This document shows, piece by piece, positions 26,008-26,166 of a DNA stretch of 26,166 nt. The stretch is from a virus (taxonomy: Duplodnaviria; Caudoviricetes), in IMG/VR virus record IMGVR_UViG_3300007547_000015, positions 1 through 26,166 of that record. One strand, 5' to 3'. The translations under genes and the position numbers were made by a program. Numbering within the stretch: position 1 is the first letter of the stretch; each line of letters starts with the position of its first letter. The notes under the pieces were generated by a model that made no database searches, was not told where the DNA came from, and saw only the letters and a list, made by a program, of their open reading frames with translations.

Positions 26008-26011
26008 CAAC

Positions 26012-26166
26012 ATGAAACACACATACTCTCTCCCGGAATTGAAGGCACACTTGATGAAAACAGGTGAGTTCTTCAGCATCAAGTTCACAAAGTTGGACGG
26101 AACTGAACGCCTACTCGTTGGGCGGTTCGGTGTACACAAACACGTAAAGGGTGGCGTTAGTTGCCT
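26012..26166 (+). CDS. 5' part of an SH3/WYL-like beta-barrel protein (runs off window)
   Basis: MKHTYSLPELKAHLMKTGEFFSIKFTKLDGTERLLVGRFGVHKHVKGG...; the F.K.DGT.R motif is typical of phage WYL_2/Sm-like folds. Confidence 0.7.
   Translation, partial: MKHTYSLPELKAHLMKTGEFFSIKFTKLDGTERLLVGRFGVHKHVKGGVSC

Larger units (their letters stand above)
1..26166. mobile_element. Tailed bacteriophage genome segment, probable Bacteroidota host
   Basis: Terminase, portal, protease, capsid, tail tube, tape measure and fibre genes in one dense arm, plus a divergent arm of small hypothetical genes. No integrase, host gene or att site is visible in the window. Confidence 0.97.

Noticed and set aside
1-26166. 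Stop-codon reassignment (as in some Bacteroidota phages)
   Set aside because: All core genes are intact and tile densely under the standard code with TAA and TGA stops. I saw no called gene ending in TAG, but also no in-frame TAG interrupting a gene, so recoding is not supported here.

Overview
This window is a slice of a tailed dsDNA bacteriophage genome (Caudoviricetes; a long tape measure and no visible sheath gene suggest a siphovirus). The host is most likely Bacteroidota, judged from TAnnTTTG-type promoter elements and A-rich starts without Shine-Dalgarno sequences. Bases 1-21646 (minus strand) hold a morphogenesis arm in non-canonical order: CxxC protein, TerS, TerL, probable tail chaperone, tail-completion protein fused to a large extension, Zn-ribbon microprotein, neck/tail protein, tape measure, two tail-tip proteins, small conserved protein, prohead protease/scaffold, major capsid, tail tube, small protein, portal, adaptor, then fibre/decoration genes. 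A ~480 bp divergent intergenic region (21647-22125) carries a dense nested-palindrome array, a second inverted repeat and C-tracts (candidate origin and/or packaging site). From 22126 the plus strand carries small early-type genes, several missed by the ORF track. The most notable signals are a recurrent TTGTA(A/G/T)ATT motif that often sits 5-8 nt from an ATG (candidate late promoter giving leaderless mRNAs), near-total loss of GATC/AGCT/CTAG/TCGA/CGCG, a modular fibre cluster with shared terminal modules and a stand-alone chaperone-like domain, and a start-less 87-codon frame overlying hairpin-rich sequence. All calls come from by-eye motif recognition; no searches were run.
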